NCBI GenBank assembly: GCA_016937995.1
Contig: JAFGVM010000040.1
Location: 1 to 39,643, forward strand
Reading direction: 5' to 3'
DNA: 39,643 nucleotides
Source of the DNA: Candidatus Delongbacteria bacterium
GTDB lineage: Bacteria; UBA4055
Position 1 is the first letter of the stretch, and each line of letters starts with the position of its first letter. Shown in pieces: positions 9,053 to 18,449 of the stretch. The position numbers and the translations under genes were made by a program. Below the pieces are notes generated by a model. That model was given only the letters and a program-made list of their open reading frames with translations, ran no database searches and was not told where the DNA came from.

Positions 9053-10144
9053 ATGAAATCTTTTTTGGTTGTTGTATTAATCATTTTGCTTTGCTTATTC
9101 AGTTGTTCTAAAAATGAACAATATCAGAAAAAAAATATAAATGGTGTTGAAGCAATATTTAATAAAAATATCCCTTCTGATAAAAACTTTAAAATTGATC
9201 TTAAAGACGAAGTCATATTGGATTTATCAAAACAGGATACTCTTAACCAAAATTTCTCTTTATCCAGAATGTCAGATGTAATACTGGATAAAGTTGGCAA
9301 CATCTATGTCCTTGATGATAGAAAATCTAAAATATTCAAGTTTGATTCAACAGGAGAATTTAAGAAAGAATTTGGGAACAAAGGAAGTGGACCTGGGGAA
9401 TTTATTAATACATATCCTGGTAGAATAGCTATCATCGACAATACACTATATGTTACATCCAGAGATCATCAAAAAGTAGTAAAATTTGATCTTGATGGTA
9501 ATAGTATCGGAGAAAAAAGATTTGATAGTCAAAGAAAATTTCCAAGAACGTTCAAAAAAACTGGTAAATATATTTGCGGTAACATATTTACATTTATAAG
9601 TGATACCGAACTTGAGAGGGAATTAGGATTGTTTGATTCAAACTTTGATTTGATCCAAACTTTCTACAAAGACATTTATGATATGAGAGAAAAAAACCTA
9701 AGTGTACCAGAAGAAGTATCATTAGCTGTTTCAAGCACTAATGATGTTTATGTGCCTGAATATAGTACTAATTCATATAAAATTAATGTATTCGATATGA
9801 AAGGTAACAAAAAAAGCATTATACAAAAGAATTACAGAGCAGTACCGTATTCACAGAAGGAATTAGATGACCTAAAAGATCTTTATGGTCAGTATCAAAT
9901 GAACGTTACAGGTAAAATGAAAAATGCAATTGAATATATACAACTTGATAAATTTGATCGTTTATGGGTTTTAACAGCAATGTGCGAAAAATCTAACACT
10001 TCAACTTTTGATGTCTTTAAAGACGGGATATTTCTTAATTCTGTCGAACTGGGTAATGACAGCACAACATTTGCATATTTCATGGAAGATAAACTAATGT
10101 TCATTGATTTTGAAAACACGATCATAAAATTCTACAATTATTAG
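9053..10144 (+). CDS. 6-bladed beta-propeller (NHL-repeat) lipoprotein
   Basis: Lipobox LFSC; DKVGNIYVLD...IFKFDSTGEFKKEFGNKGSGPGEF NHL-type repeats. Confidence 0.85.
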   Translation: MKSFLVVVLIILLCLFSCSKNEQYQKKNINGVEAIFNKNIPSDKNFKIDLKDEVILDLSKQDTLNQNFSLSRMSDVILDKVGNIYVLDDRKSKIFKFDSTGEFKKEFGNKGSGPGEFINTYPGRIAIIDNTLYVTSRDHQKVVKFDLDGNSIGEKRFDSQRKFPRTFKKTGKYICGNIFTFISDTELERELGLFDSNFDLIQTFYKDIYDMREKNLSVPEEVSLAVSSTNDVYVPEYSTNSYKINVFDMKGNKKSIIQKNYRAVPYSQKELDDLKDLYGQYQMNVTGKMKNAIEYIQLDKFDRLWVLTAMCEKSNTSTFDVFKDGIFLNSVELGNDSTTFAYFMEDKLMFIDFENTIIKFYNY

Positions 10145-10166
10145 GATTATTCAGCGGCTTGCTGGG

Positions 10167-11108
10167 TTATAGAGTTTGAACATATTCAATAGTGATCTGA
10201 GTATATGAATCTAAAGGTAATTTATAAATATCTTTAGCATTATTATAGCTAATGTAACAATTTATAAAAAGTTTTGACAAGGTTGATAGATCACATTCTA
10301 CATTAATACAATTACCATTCTTGTCATATGTGTATTCTGTCTTATATTTTGCTTTTCCAATTTCATCTTCCTGGTACAACAGTATCCCGGAACCATCATA
10401 AATAAAATTTGTTTTATGCCTTCTACTATTCTCTCCGCTTCCTCCGACCTCTTATGAGTTTATTAATCTCTTATTATGATCGTAAGTATCTGTTTTTATA
10501 TAATCGGACTTCCATGATGGTTTATCCCATTTAACCTTCATATAATAATCCCATACAAACTTCTTAAAAGATTGCAAATTCCCATCATTATCGTAGGTAT
10601 ATTCTGTTTTAATACTATTGGTCCATTTGTCATTATTGAACTGTTCTGAAGTTTCGATCAGCAGTTTTCCATCATTATTCAGAGTACAATTAGTTCTTGT
10701 AGAATCCTTCCATGAGTCATCTGTCCATATTTCGTATATTTCTTTTATCCTGTTTCCTTTGTAGTCGAGAGTATAATTTGTCCGAGCACTGTTTGCCCAT
10801 TCATTTCCGATCCATAACTGCCAAAGAACTTTCAGTATATTTCCGTTATCATCAAGAAGATATCTTATTTTATTAGTATTTTCCCAGGCATTGTTATTCC
10901 AGGTTTGGTATAGTTCATTCAGCAGATTTCCATTACTGTCGTATTCGTATTCTACCCTGTTATCATTAAATAAATTAGCCTTGAAAGGATAAAGTTTCTC
11001 TGATATATATTTTTCTTTTATATTGCAAATTTCTTTATCCGAATTGTCATAGGTAAATGTTATTCTACTTGAGTTTTCGATCTGTATTATAGAAGGTTTG
11101 TATGTCAT
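10167..11108 (-). pseudogene. Repeat protein (YxYDxxGN...W...W units) interrupted by one in-frame TAA
   Basis: ORFs 10452-11108 and 10167-10379 are in the same frame. The intervening codons read ...KRLINS*EVGGSGENSRRHKTNFIYDGSGILLYQEDE..., which continues the repeat. Confidence 0.7.
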
Positions 11109-11173
11109 TGGTTTGTGTTCAGTTTGTATTTATGTGTTGCCATTAAAAAATTGCAAGTCGGTTATTTAGCAAA

Positions 11174-11770
11174 TTAACTTCGTGCAAATTTTAGTAATGG
11201 TTTTATATCATCCTGATCGGCTGCTTTTACAGCATCAATGTATACTTTTCTTGTATCGCTTTGAGGAGTTAAATTGGTTTTACTCCAGGTAAACACTTTG
11301 CCGTTAAACCCATGTGAGATCAATATATCACCACATAATCTAGAATGTCTACCGTTACCATTAGGAAATGGATGTATCTTGACCATTCTGTGTTTGAATC
11401 TAACTGCAATCTCATCCTCTGAATATGTTTTATTTCTTATCCAATATCTACAATCATCAATTAAATATTTTAATTCTGTTGCGATCTGAAATTTATCTAC
11501 ACCTATATTTTTATTGGTTTTCCTAAATTTACCTGCCCATCCCCAAACATCACAGAACATTTTTTTATGGACATCGCAAATAAATTTTTCTGATAAAATT
11601 TCATCAAGCTTGAATTTTCTTTTAAAAGTCCAGGCAACAGCATCTTCAATATTGTTTTGTTCAAATTCGTCCAGTTCACCCTTGGAGGATATTGTTTTGA
11701 TCAACAGTCCTTCTCTCTCCTCCTCCGATATCGGAGTCTGTCCGTTTTCATAAATAAGTTCTAATCCCAT
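11174..11770 (-). CDS. Mobile mystery protein B (Fic domain, TIGR02613-like)
   Basis: N-terminal GQTPISEEEREGL..ELDEFEQNNI and an intact Fic motif HPFPNGNGRHSR; overlaps the upstream partner by 10 nt. Confidence 0.92.
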   Translation of the reverse strand: MGLELIYENGQTPISEEEREGLLIKTISSKGELDEFEQNNIEDAVAWTFKRKFKLDEILSEKFICDVHKKMFCDVWGWAGKFRKTNKNIGVDKFQIATELKYLIDDCRYWIRNKTYSEDEIAVRFKHRMVKIHPFPNGNGRHSRLCGDILISHGFNGKVFTWSKTNLTPQSDTRKVYIDAVKAADQDDIKPLLKFARS

Positions 11771-12219
11771 AGATACTTCGGCATCTCCCTTTTGATCTCT
11801 TCAGCTCTTTCTTTTACAGCCTTTTTTAATCTTGCTTCAGAATTTTTCTGATCTTCTAGACTCATATTCACCGACGTACGGTTCACTATATCCTTTGCGA
11901 TCTCATAAGCTCTCTTTTCGATCATGTTTTCAAGTGATCCTTCGTTTGGAATAAATCCGTAAACGAATTTCATGTTCATTACCTCAGCATACTTTTTCAG
12001 ACCACTAAGAGTAATTGAACCTTCTACTTCTCTTTGCTCAATCTGATTAGCCGCTTGCTTAGACATTCCTAATTTTTTACTTAATTGGCTCAAAGACATA
12101 TTCAAGGCTGATCTTATCGCATTAATCCAACCACTTTTAGGCACAGTAACACCTTTCGCTTTTTTTAAATAATTTATTTTTTGATCAGTTTGATGTAATA
12201 ATAGTTTTGTTTTTTTCAT
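11761..12219 (-). CDS. Mobile mystery protein A (XRE-type HTH, TIGR02612-like)
   Basis: PKSGWINAIRSALNMSLSQLSKKLG HTH, MSLEDQ, and C-terminal PKYLWD. Confidence 0.92.
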   Translation of the reverse strand: MKKTKLLLHQTDQKINYLKKAKGVTVPKSGWINAIRSALNMSLSQLSKKLGMSKQAANQIEQREVEGSITLSGLKKYAEVMNMKFVYGFIPNEGSLENMIEKRAYEIAKDIVNRTSVNMSLEDQKNSEARLKKAVKERAEEIKREMPKYLWD

Positions 12220-12253
12220 AAGTAATCATTCCTAGCTATATTTTATCAAATAC

Positions 12254-12283
12254 AATATAACTATACAATCATATCTTTGTCAA
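12254..12283 (-). promoter_or_regulatory. Putative sigma70 promoter of the mobile mystery operon
   Basis: Minus strand TTGACA (12283-12278), 18-bp spacer, TATATT (12259-12254). Confidence 0.55.
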
Positions 12284-12361
12284 GCAATAACTTGACATAC
12301 ATGGAATTTTGTCAAGTAATATCTTGACGTATACGACTATTTTATCAAGCAATAACTTGAC
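12278..12361. promoter_or_regulatory. Three phased palindromes GTCAAG-N6-CTTGAC (putative operators)
   Basis: gtcaagcaataacttgac (12279), gtcaagtaatatcttgac (12311), atcaagcaataacttgac (12344); spacing 32 and 33 bp. Confidence 0.75.
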
Positions 12362-12508
12362 GTTTAATCTTGTTTTATTCTTTAAATATGAGCTTTTGTA
12401 TCAACCTTGCCCCTATCCCCTAAAAAAATTCCTTGCAAATAAATCCTCATTCTCTTATCATTTAACTTCTCAAGAATGATATAATTAATTAAAATAAAAG
12501 GGTAAAAA

Positions 12509-13873
12509 ATGCAAAAACCTATCACTTACTACTCAACAAATCTCAAAGCTGAACCTGTATCATTCAAGGATGCACTCTTAAAAGGTATCGCACCTGACAA
12601 AGGTCTTTATATGCCTTTTGACATTCCTCAGTTCACTAAAGATGAGATAAATGCTTTTGCTGATAAGGAATATTACGAAATAGCTTATGAAGTCATTCAT
12701 AAATTTCTTAAAGACGACATTCCTGCTGATGACCTGAAAGAACTTGTAAAAGATGCTTATAACTATGAAGTTCCTTTGGAAAAAGGTTATGACAGAAAGT
12801 ATGTTCTCAGACTTGATCAGGGACCTACTGCTTCATTCAAGGATTTCGCTGCAAGAATGATGGGTAGACTGATGAATTATTATCTGCAGAGACAACATAG
12901 AAAATTATTGATACTAACAGCTACATCAGGTGATACCGGAAGTGCAATAGCAAATGCTTTTTACGGTTTAAATAATATAAAAGTTGTCGTGCTATTCCCT
13001 GAGAATGAAGTTACGAACAGACAAAGAAAACAAATGACCACTTTAGGTGATAATGTTCAGATCATTTCTCTTGATGGAAAATTCGATGATTGCCAGGCTC
13101 TTGTGAAAGAAGCCTTTGTAGATATTGAACTTGACCATCTGGGACTTTCTTCTGCAAACTCTATCAATATTGGAAGATTGATACCTCAGACAGTTTATTA
13201 CTTCTATGCTTACGCTAAATTAAAGCAGAGTAATGACGAAAAAGTCATCTTTTCAGTTCCTTCAGGTAACTTTGGTGATATGATGGGTGGTGTTATAGCT
13301 ATGAAAATGGGACTTCCTGTAGAAAAATTCATTATTGCAACCAATGAAAATGATGAATTCCCTAAATATCTTAATACTGATAAATATGAACTTGTGGTAC
13401 CTTCAAAGAATTGTATCTCAAGTGCTATGAACGTTGGGCATCCAAGTAATATGTCCAGACTTGTAGCTTTATACAGCGGAATAATGAATGAAAAAGGCGA
13501 AGTTCTTAAAGCTGCGGATATGGATCTGATGAGAAAAGAAATATGGTCTGTAAGTATTGACGATGCTCATACAAAAGAAACTATAGTTGATGCGTGGAAT
13601 AAGCATCAATTACTACTGGAACCTCACGGTTCTGTAGGTTGGGCAGGTCTTCATAAGTATTTAGATGAAACCGGTGATGACAAAGACCAGCTTTATGTAT
13701 CTCTGGAAACTGCACATCCTGCAAAATTCCCTGAAGAGATCACAAGATTATTGAACATAGATCCTGATCTTCCAAAAAGCCTTGAAGGAATTGAAGAAAA
13801 AGAAGAGCAGTATGACACGATCACAACGAAATACGAAGATTTCAAAGCATATTTGCTGAAGAATTATAAGTAA
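12509..13873 (+). CDS. thrC: Threonine synthase
   Basis: APDKGLYMP, GPTASFKDF (PLP lysine), ATSGDTGSA, SANSINIGRL, VPSGNFG, ETAHPAKF. Confidence 0.96.
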   Translation: MQKPITYYSTNLKAEPVSFKDALLKGIAPDKGLYMPFDIPQFTKDEINAFADKEYYEIAYEVIHKFLKDDIPADDLKELVKDAYNYEVPLEKGYDRKYVLRLDQGPTASFKDFAARMMGRLMNYYLQRQHRKLLILTATSGDTGSAIANAFYGLNNIKVVVLFPENEVTNRQRKQMTTLGDNVQIISLDGKFDDCQALVKEAFVDIELDHLGLSSANSINIGRLIPQTVYYFYAYAKLKQSNDEKVIFSVPSGNFGDMMGGVIAMKMGLPVEKFIIATNENDEFPKYLNTDKYELVVPSKNCISSAMNVGHPSNMSRLVALYSGIMNEKGEVLKAADMDLMRKEIWSVSIDDAHTKETIVDAWNKHQLLLEPHGSVGWAGLHKYLDETGDDKDQLYVSLETAHPAKFPEEITRLLNIDPDLPKSLEGIEEKEEQYDTITTKYEDFKAYLLKNYK

Positions 13874-13884
13874 TCTGAGAGACA

Positions 13885-13971
13885 ATCCCAACGGGATGTA
13901 ACTCCCATAACCACAGGTTTTAACCTGTGGGACAACCCCTGGATCCCTCCCGATAAATCGGGAAGGATGAC
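13885..13971 (+). repeat. ~85-bp composite palindromic element, copy 1
   Basis: atcccaacgggat...ccacaggttttaacctgtgg...ggatccctcccgataaatcgggaaggatgac; inverted homolog at 26398-26481. Confidence 0.85.
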
Positions 13972-14043
13972 GAACATAAGGAACGCAGGAATGCGTTCTT
14001 TAACCATCAACCAACAACCAGTAACCTGTAAGGAACTCACACA

Positions 14044-15249
14044 ATGAAATATATAATAATCCTCGGCGACGGAATGAGCGACTACCCGATAGAAAAAATT
14101 GGAAATAAAACCCCGTTGATGGCAGCTAACATTCCGAACATCGATAAACTTGCAAAAATGGGCCGTACCGGCAAATTCCAGACAGTACCAATGGAACTGC
14201 CTCCGGGAAGTGAAGTGGCGAATATGGCCGTCTTAGGGTATGATGTGAGAAAACTTTATCAGGGTCGTGGTGTACTAGAAGCTGCAAGTATGGGAGTTGA
14301 GCTTGATAATAACGATCTTGCTATGAGATGTAATCTTATTTGCATAGAAGATGGAAATATAAAGAATCACTCTGCAGGTCATATCGACTCTGAAGAATCT
14401 CATCAGCTTATTGATGCTCTGAATAAAGAACTCGGTGATGATCTTGTAAAATTCCATAAGGGTGTCAGCTACAGACATCTGCTTGTTCTGAAGAACGGAA
14501 GAAAGGAAGTAAAGCTGACCCCGCCTCATGATGTACCTGGAACTCCTTTCATGGATGTACTTCCTGTATCTGAGAAAAGAGATGCTGACGGTACTACAAA
14601 ATTACTTACTGATCTTATCATGAGATCCCAGGATATTTTAAATGCTCATCCTATCAATATCAAAAGAGTTGCAGAAGGTAAAGATCCTGCAAATTCAGTA
14701 TGGTTCTGGTCAGCCGGGTACAAACCTGAGATGAAAACTCTTCAAGAGTTGTATGGAAAGACAGGAGCAGTTATTTCAGCAGTAGATCTACTTTACGGAA
14801 TTGGTGTATATGCAGGCATGGAAGTTATCCATGTAGAAGGTGCAACTGGTTTGTACACTACAAATTACGAGGGTAAAGCTAAAGCAGCTGTTGATGCTTT
14901 AAAAAGACACGATCTTGTTTATTTACATATAGAAGCTACTGATGAGGCAGGTCATGAGGGGAATGTCGATCTTAAAATAAAAGCTCTGGAATACTTGGAC
15001 AGCAGAGCAGTAAAATATATCATGGAAGAAACCGCAAAAATGGACGAACCTGTAGCTATCGCTATTACTCCGGACCATGCAACTCCATGTGCTCTGAGAA
15101 CTCATACTCACGATCCTGTTCCGTTTATTATCTACAGACCTAATGAAGAACCTGATGAAGTAACAGAGTACAATGAAGTTTCTGTTGAGAAAGGATTTTA
15201 CGGTACTATAAAAGATGATCAGTTCATTAAAGCTTTATTGGGAATATAG
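14044..15249 (+). CDS. apgM: Cofactor-independent phosphoglycerate mutase-like protein (ApgM family; proposed homoserine kinase TIGR02535-like)
   Basis: ILGDGMSD, PPGSEVAN, GRGVLEAAS, PPHD, HIEATDEAGH, TPDHATP, THTHDPVP; adjacent to thrC. Confidence 0.88.
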   Translation: MKYIIILGDGMSDYPIEKIGNKTPLMAANIPNIDKLAKMGRTGKFQTVPMELPPGSEVANMAVLGYDVRKLYQGRGVLEAASMGVELDNNDLAMRCNLICIEDGNIKNHSAGHIDSEESHQLIDALNKELGDDLVKFHKGVSYRHLLVLKNGRKEVKLTPPHDVPGTPFMDVLPVSEKRDADGTTKLLTDLIMRSQDILNAHPINIKRVAEGKDPANSVWFWSAGYKPEMKTLQELYGKTGAVISAVDLLYGIGVYAGMEVIHVEGATGLYTTNYEGKAKAAVDALKRHDLVYLHIEATDEAGHEGNVDLKIKALEYLDSRAVKYIMEETAKMDEPVAIAITPDHATPCALRTHTHDPVPFIIYRPNEEPDEVTEYNEVSVEKGFYGTIKDDQFIKALLGI

Positions 15250-15327
15250 TTATTGTAAAATACCTGAACAAAAGAATATTGTAGTTAAGATAAATACATA
15301 AGAGTGGTACTTCATTTTCACCCTTTT

Positions 15328-15518
15328 GGTAAGGCGTGGAAGCCTTCCCCTACGGTCATTGGTGTGCTCGTGTATTATCGGGTGGTAATCTTTTGATTTA
15401 AATAATTAACTATTCATTGTTAATTATTAATTGAAAAAGGGTCGCAGATCTGCGACCCCTACTTCATAATTGGACATTCCGTGTTGAATATTCATGGCGT
15501 AATAAATTACGCCGCAAC
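15328..15518. repeat. Cluster of three GTAG/GTTG-type REP-like palindromes
   Basis: ggtaaggcgtggaagccttcccctac (15328), agggtcgcagatctgcgacccctac (15438), ggcgtaataaattacgccgcaac (15496). The last, with its leader ttggacattcc, recurs at 26507-26563. Confidence 0.7.
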
Positions 15519-15666
15519 GCCTTCCACTAACACCTCTACAAACTCCCTCATCTTTTGATAATTTTCTACAAAACAAACATTATTTCATTTGCTTTATGCC
15601 CATTATTTCGTTATATTCAAGTTATAGACTTTACTTTTTTTAAAATAAAATATCGGGAGGTCCAAA

Positions 15667-16704
15667 ATGTTAAAAAGATTATTTTTTTTGATTCCTCTGG
15701 TCTTTTACATGCTGTTATTTGCAAAAAATGCAAATGACAAAACAAACACATCGGGAACTAGTAAATCAGAGTTGAACAACACCGCCAACACGGTAGAATT
15801 AAGTAGAAGTGTTTACACGGATTATGTACCGAATGATGAAGAAAGGGTTTACAAAGAGATCCAGTACGCAAAAAAACTGTATCGCAGCGGAGATCATGTA
15901 AAGGCAAAGGCCATCCTTAAACAATTAAAGAAAGATGATAACAAAGAATTATCAGAACAGGCACACTACCTCTGCTTAAAATGGTATAACAGCCTTTTCA
16001 TACCGATCGATGCCACAGATAACACTAAATATGTTGTGGATACCCAGGAGCTGGACAGCTTTAAAGAAAAATTTCCTAACAGTAAATACCTGGATGAACT
16101 GGAATATTTTTTTAACAAAGATCTTTCCATTTTTAATAAGAACATCCAAAGATCTCAAAATTCAAAGAGGATCGAACTTAACGACAGTTGCACATTCAGG
16201 TATAAGAACGATTCTACATATCTTTGTACATTCCATAAGAAATACAGATCGAAAGACGGGAACGAACATGACCTGATAGTAAAAGTATCCGGAAAGATTA
16301 AAAAATATGAACCATGGGGAAACATGCAGGATGAATGGGAAACCAAAGGACTTTTGATCGATGACGATTCCAGAATTTCGATTAAAATTGATAACGAGGA
16401 AAAGATCATCATCAAAGATTATGTCGAGTTTAAACAGCAGCCTAAATATGAACTTAAAAAAGTTGAAGAATACGGTATTGAATCCGAAAAAAGATCAATA
16501 AAAGAAGATAATGCTGAAAACACAACTCAGTTAGCAACTTATCTGACAGATGATCTTATAATGCCGAACTTTAAAGTTCAGTTCATTTACGGAAAGATGA
16601 ATGAACTTATCCCTGAAAAGATCCGGAGAGCTGATGATCTTCTGAATGAGAGATTCCACTCAAAATGTTATGTTGATCTGAGGCTGAACGAATTCGGGAA
16701 ATAA
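15667..16704 (+). CDS. Hypothetical exported protein, paralog of 17268-18449
   Basis: GGGAGG RBS; signal peptide; shares KEIQYA..LY..G, SGKI.KY.P.G.MQDEW.T.GLLIDD.S, VEEYG and RF.SKCY with the paralog. Confidence 0.8.
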   Translation: MLKRLFFLIPLVFYMLLFAKNANDKTNTSGTSKSELNNTANTVELSRSVYTDYVPNDEERVYKEIQYAKKLYRSGDHVKAKAILKQLKKDDNKELSEQAHYLCLKWYNSLFIPIDATDNTKYVVDTQELDSFKEKFPNSKYLDELEYFFNKDLSIFNKNIQRSQNSKRIELNDSCTFRYKNDSTYLCTFHKKYRSKDGNEHDLIVKVSGKIKKYEPWGNMQDEWETKGLLIDDDSRISIKIDNEEKIIIKDYVEFKQQPKYELKKVEEYGIESEKRSIKEDNAENTTQLATYLTDDLIMPNFKVQFIYGKMNELIPEKIRRADDLLNERFHSKCYVDLRLNEFGK

Positions 16705-16708
16705 AAAA

Positions 16709-16744
16709 ATGAAAAAATGGGCATTGAAATGCCCATTTTTTCAT
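16709..16744. terminator. Bidirectional Rho-independent terminator
   Basis: atgaaaaaatgggcat-tgaa-atgcccattttttcat, between convergent genes. Confidence 0.85.
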
Positions 16745-16771
16745 ACTGATAATGACTCGGTATGACGAAAT

Positions 16772-17143
16772 TTAAGATCCTCTGTTACTGCTTCTGTTAC
16801 CTATTTTACTTCCACTCCTTGAACCACCCTGAGGTCCGTTGAAGTTTCCGCCTCTTCCGCCTTGAAAACCTGCTCTGCTGTTACCGTGAAAACCTTTTTC
16901 AGTTTTTGGTTTAGCTTCATTAACTTTTACAGGTCTTCCTTTTATTTCTGCTCCATGCATCTTTTCGATCGCTGCTTCAGCTTCCGCCTGATTTGTCATC
17001 TCAACAAATCCAAATCCTTTTGACCTGCCGCTTAGCTTATCCTTAAGAACAAAAGCTTCAGCTACTTCACCAAACGGTGAAAATGCATTTTTCAGATCCT
17101 CGTCAACCACATCATATGATAGATTCCCTACATAGATCTTCAC
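16772..17143 (-). CDS. RRM RNA-binding protein with Gly/Arg-rich tail
   Basis: RNP2 IYVGNL and RNP1 KGFGFVEM; GTG start with AGGAGG RBS. Confidence 0.95.
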   Translation of the reverse strand: MKIYVGNLSYDVVDEDLKNAFSPFGEVAEAFVLKDKLSGRSKGFGFVEMTNQAEAEAAIEKMHGAEIKGRPVKVNEAKPKTEKGFHGNSRAGFQGGRGGNFNGPQGGSRSGSKIGNRSSNRGS

Positions 17144-17267
17144 AATTCCTCCTATTTATGACTTTTATACCTTTGTTAATTCCAATATACAAAGTTTTGT
17201 GTAGATTTACTATTATTTTTAATTTAAATTAACTGTAACAAAAAATAACATACCGGAGAATATCATT

Positions 17268-18449
17268 ATGAGGAATATGTTTTTTATTCTTTCCTTGCTT
17301 CTTGTTTTAGTATTATTTGGTCAGAGTGCACCGGCTGCTGATAAGCAAGAACTGGGAATAAAGAGAACTTCTGAAGCAATGGATCTGCAGAAGATGAGTA
17401 GCGAGGATATTGAAAAAGAGATCCAGCGAAGAGTAGATGAAGAAGTTAAAAAAATCACAGAAGAGGAAATTCAGCGAAGAGTAGATGAAGAACTTAAAAA
17501 AATGACCGTTAAAAATGAGATCTCCCCTCCGGCGAAAAAAGAGCCTGTCAAGAAAAACTATTTCAGTTCATTTAAAGAAATTCAGTATGCAGAAGAATTG
17601 TATGATAGCGGAAGCAGGATAAAAGCAAGATCGGTTCTGGGAGTATTAAAAAATGACAGTGATAAAAAACTTGCTGAGGAAGCTCATTTCCTGTATATAA
17701 AATGGTTCAGTAATATATATTTACCTGTTATACAAAGATCTGAAAATTATAACAAGGTCCTCAGCTACAACAATGATCTTAAAGAATGTGATGATTTTAA
17801 GAAGACGTATCCCAAAAGTAAATATTTAAAAGAACTGCAGGATATAATGAAAAAAAAAGTAACTTCATTCAATTCGGTCAACAAGGTCCGGAACATGAAT
17901 CTGCTTGATCTTAAGGACAGCTGTTCTGTTGAGTATAAAGGAGATTCAACTTATTCCTGCACGCTTAACAAGACCTTTAAGGACATGGCCGGTAAAGAGC
18001 ATGATCTAAACATAAATATTTCCGGGAAGATCACAAAATATGACCCTTATGGAGATATGCAGGACGAGTGGGATACTTCAGGTTTACTGATCGATGATAA
18101 TTCTGTTATCACAATAATACTTGATAAAGAGAATGAGATCAAATACAAACATCCGATCAGACACAAGCAGTCACCTGAATATGAACTTAGAAGGGTGGAA
18201 GAATACGGTTTCTCCCAGAATAAGACCTGTGTAAAAGAACATAAAGTCGAAAATATTATAAATATAGCCACATATTTATCAGATAATTTAATAATTTCCA
18301 ACCTTGAGGTAAAAACAAAATTCGGCAGGATGGATCAGCTTGCTTCTATGGATGTTATCTATGCTGCAAAGCCTAACGGAAATTTCTTTTCTGACAGATT
18401 TAAATCGAAATGTTATATAGAATTAACAATTGACGAGGTACAAAAATGA
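17268..18449 (+). CDS. Hypothetical exported protein, paralog of 15667-16704
   Basis: Signal peptide; internal 16-aa tandem duplication (EIQRRVDEE.KK); shared motifs as above. Confidence 0.8.
   Translation: MRNMFFILSLLLVLVLFGQSAPAADKQELGIKRTSEAMDLQKMSSEDIEKEIQRRVDEEVKKITEEEIQRRVDEELKKMTVKNEISPPAKKEPVKKNYFSSFKEIQYAEELYDSGSRIKARSVLGVLKNDSDKKLAEEAHFLYIKWFSNIYLPVIQRSENYNKVLSYNNDLKECDDFKKTYPKSKYLKELQDIMKKKVTSFNSVNKVRNMNLLDLKDSCSVEYKGDSTYSCTLNKTFKDMAGKEHDLNINISGKITKYDPYGDMQDEWDTSGLLIDDNSVITIILDKENEIKYKHPIRHKQSPEYELRRVEEYGFSQNKTCVKEHKVENIINIATYLSDNLIISNLEVKTKFGRMDQLASMDVIYAAKPNGNFFSDRFKSKCYIELTIDEVQK

Noticed and set aside
10452-10454. Stop-codon reassignment or readthrough
   Set aside because: TAA terminates many genes normally in this window, so a single nonsense change or sequencing error is simpler.
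10167-11108. RHS/YD polymorphic toxin
   Set aside because: YD-like repeats are present, but there is no RHS core signature, toxin tip or immunity gene.
12278-12361. Three palindromic repeats read as a mini-CRISPR array
   Set aside because: Repeats are 18-20 bp with spacers of only 14-15 bp, there are no cas genes, and the position over a promoter fits operators better.
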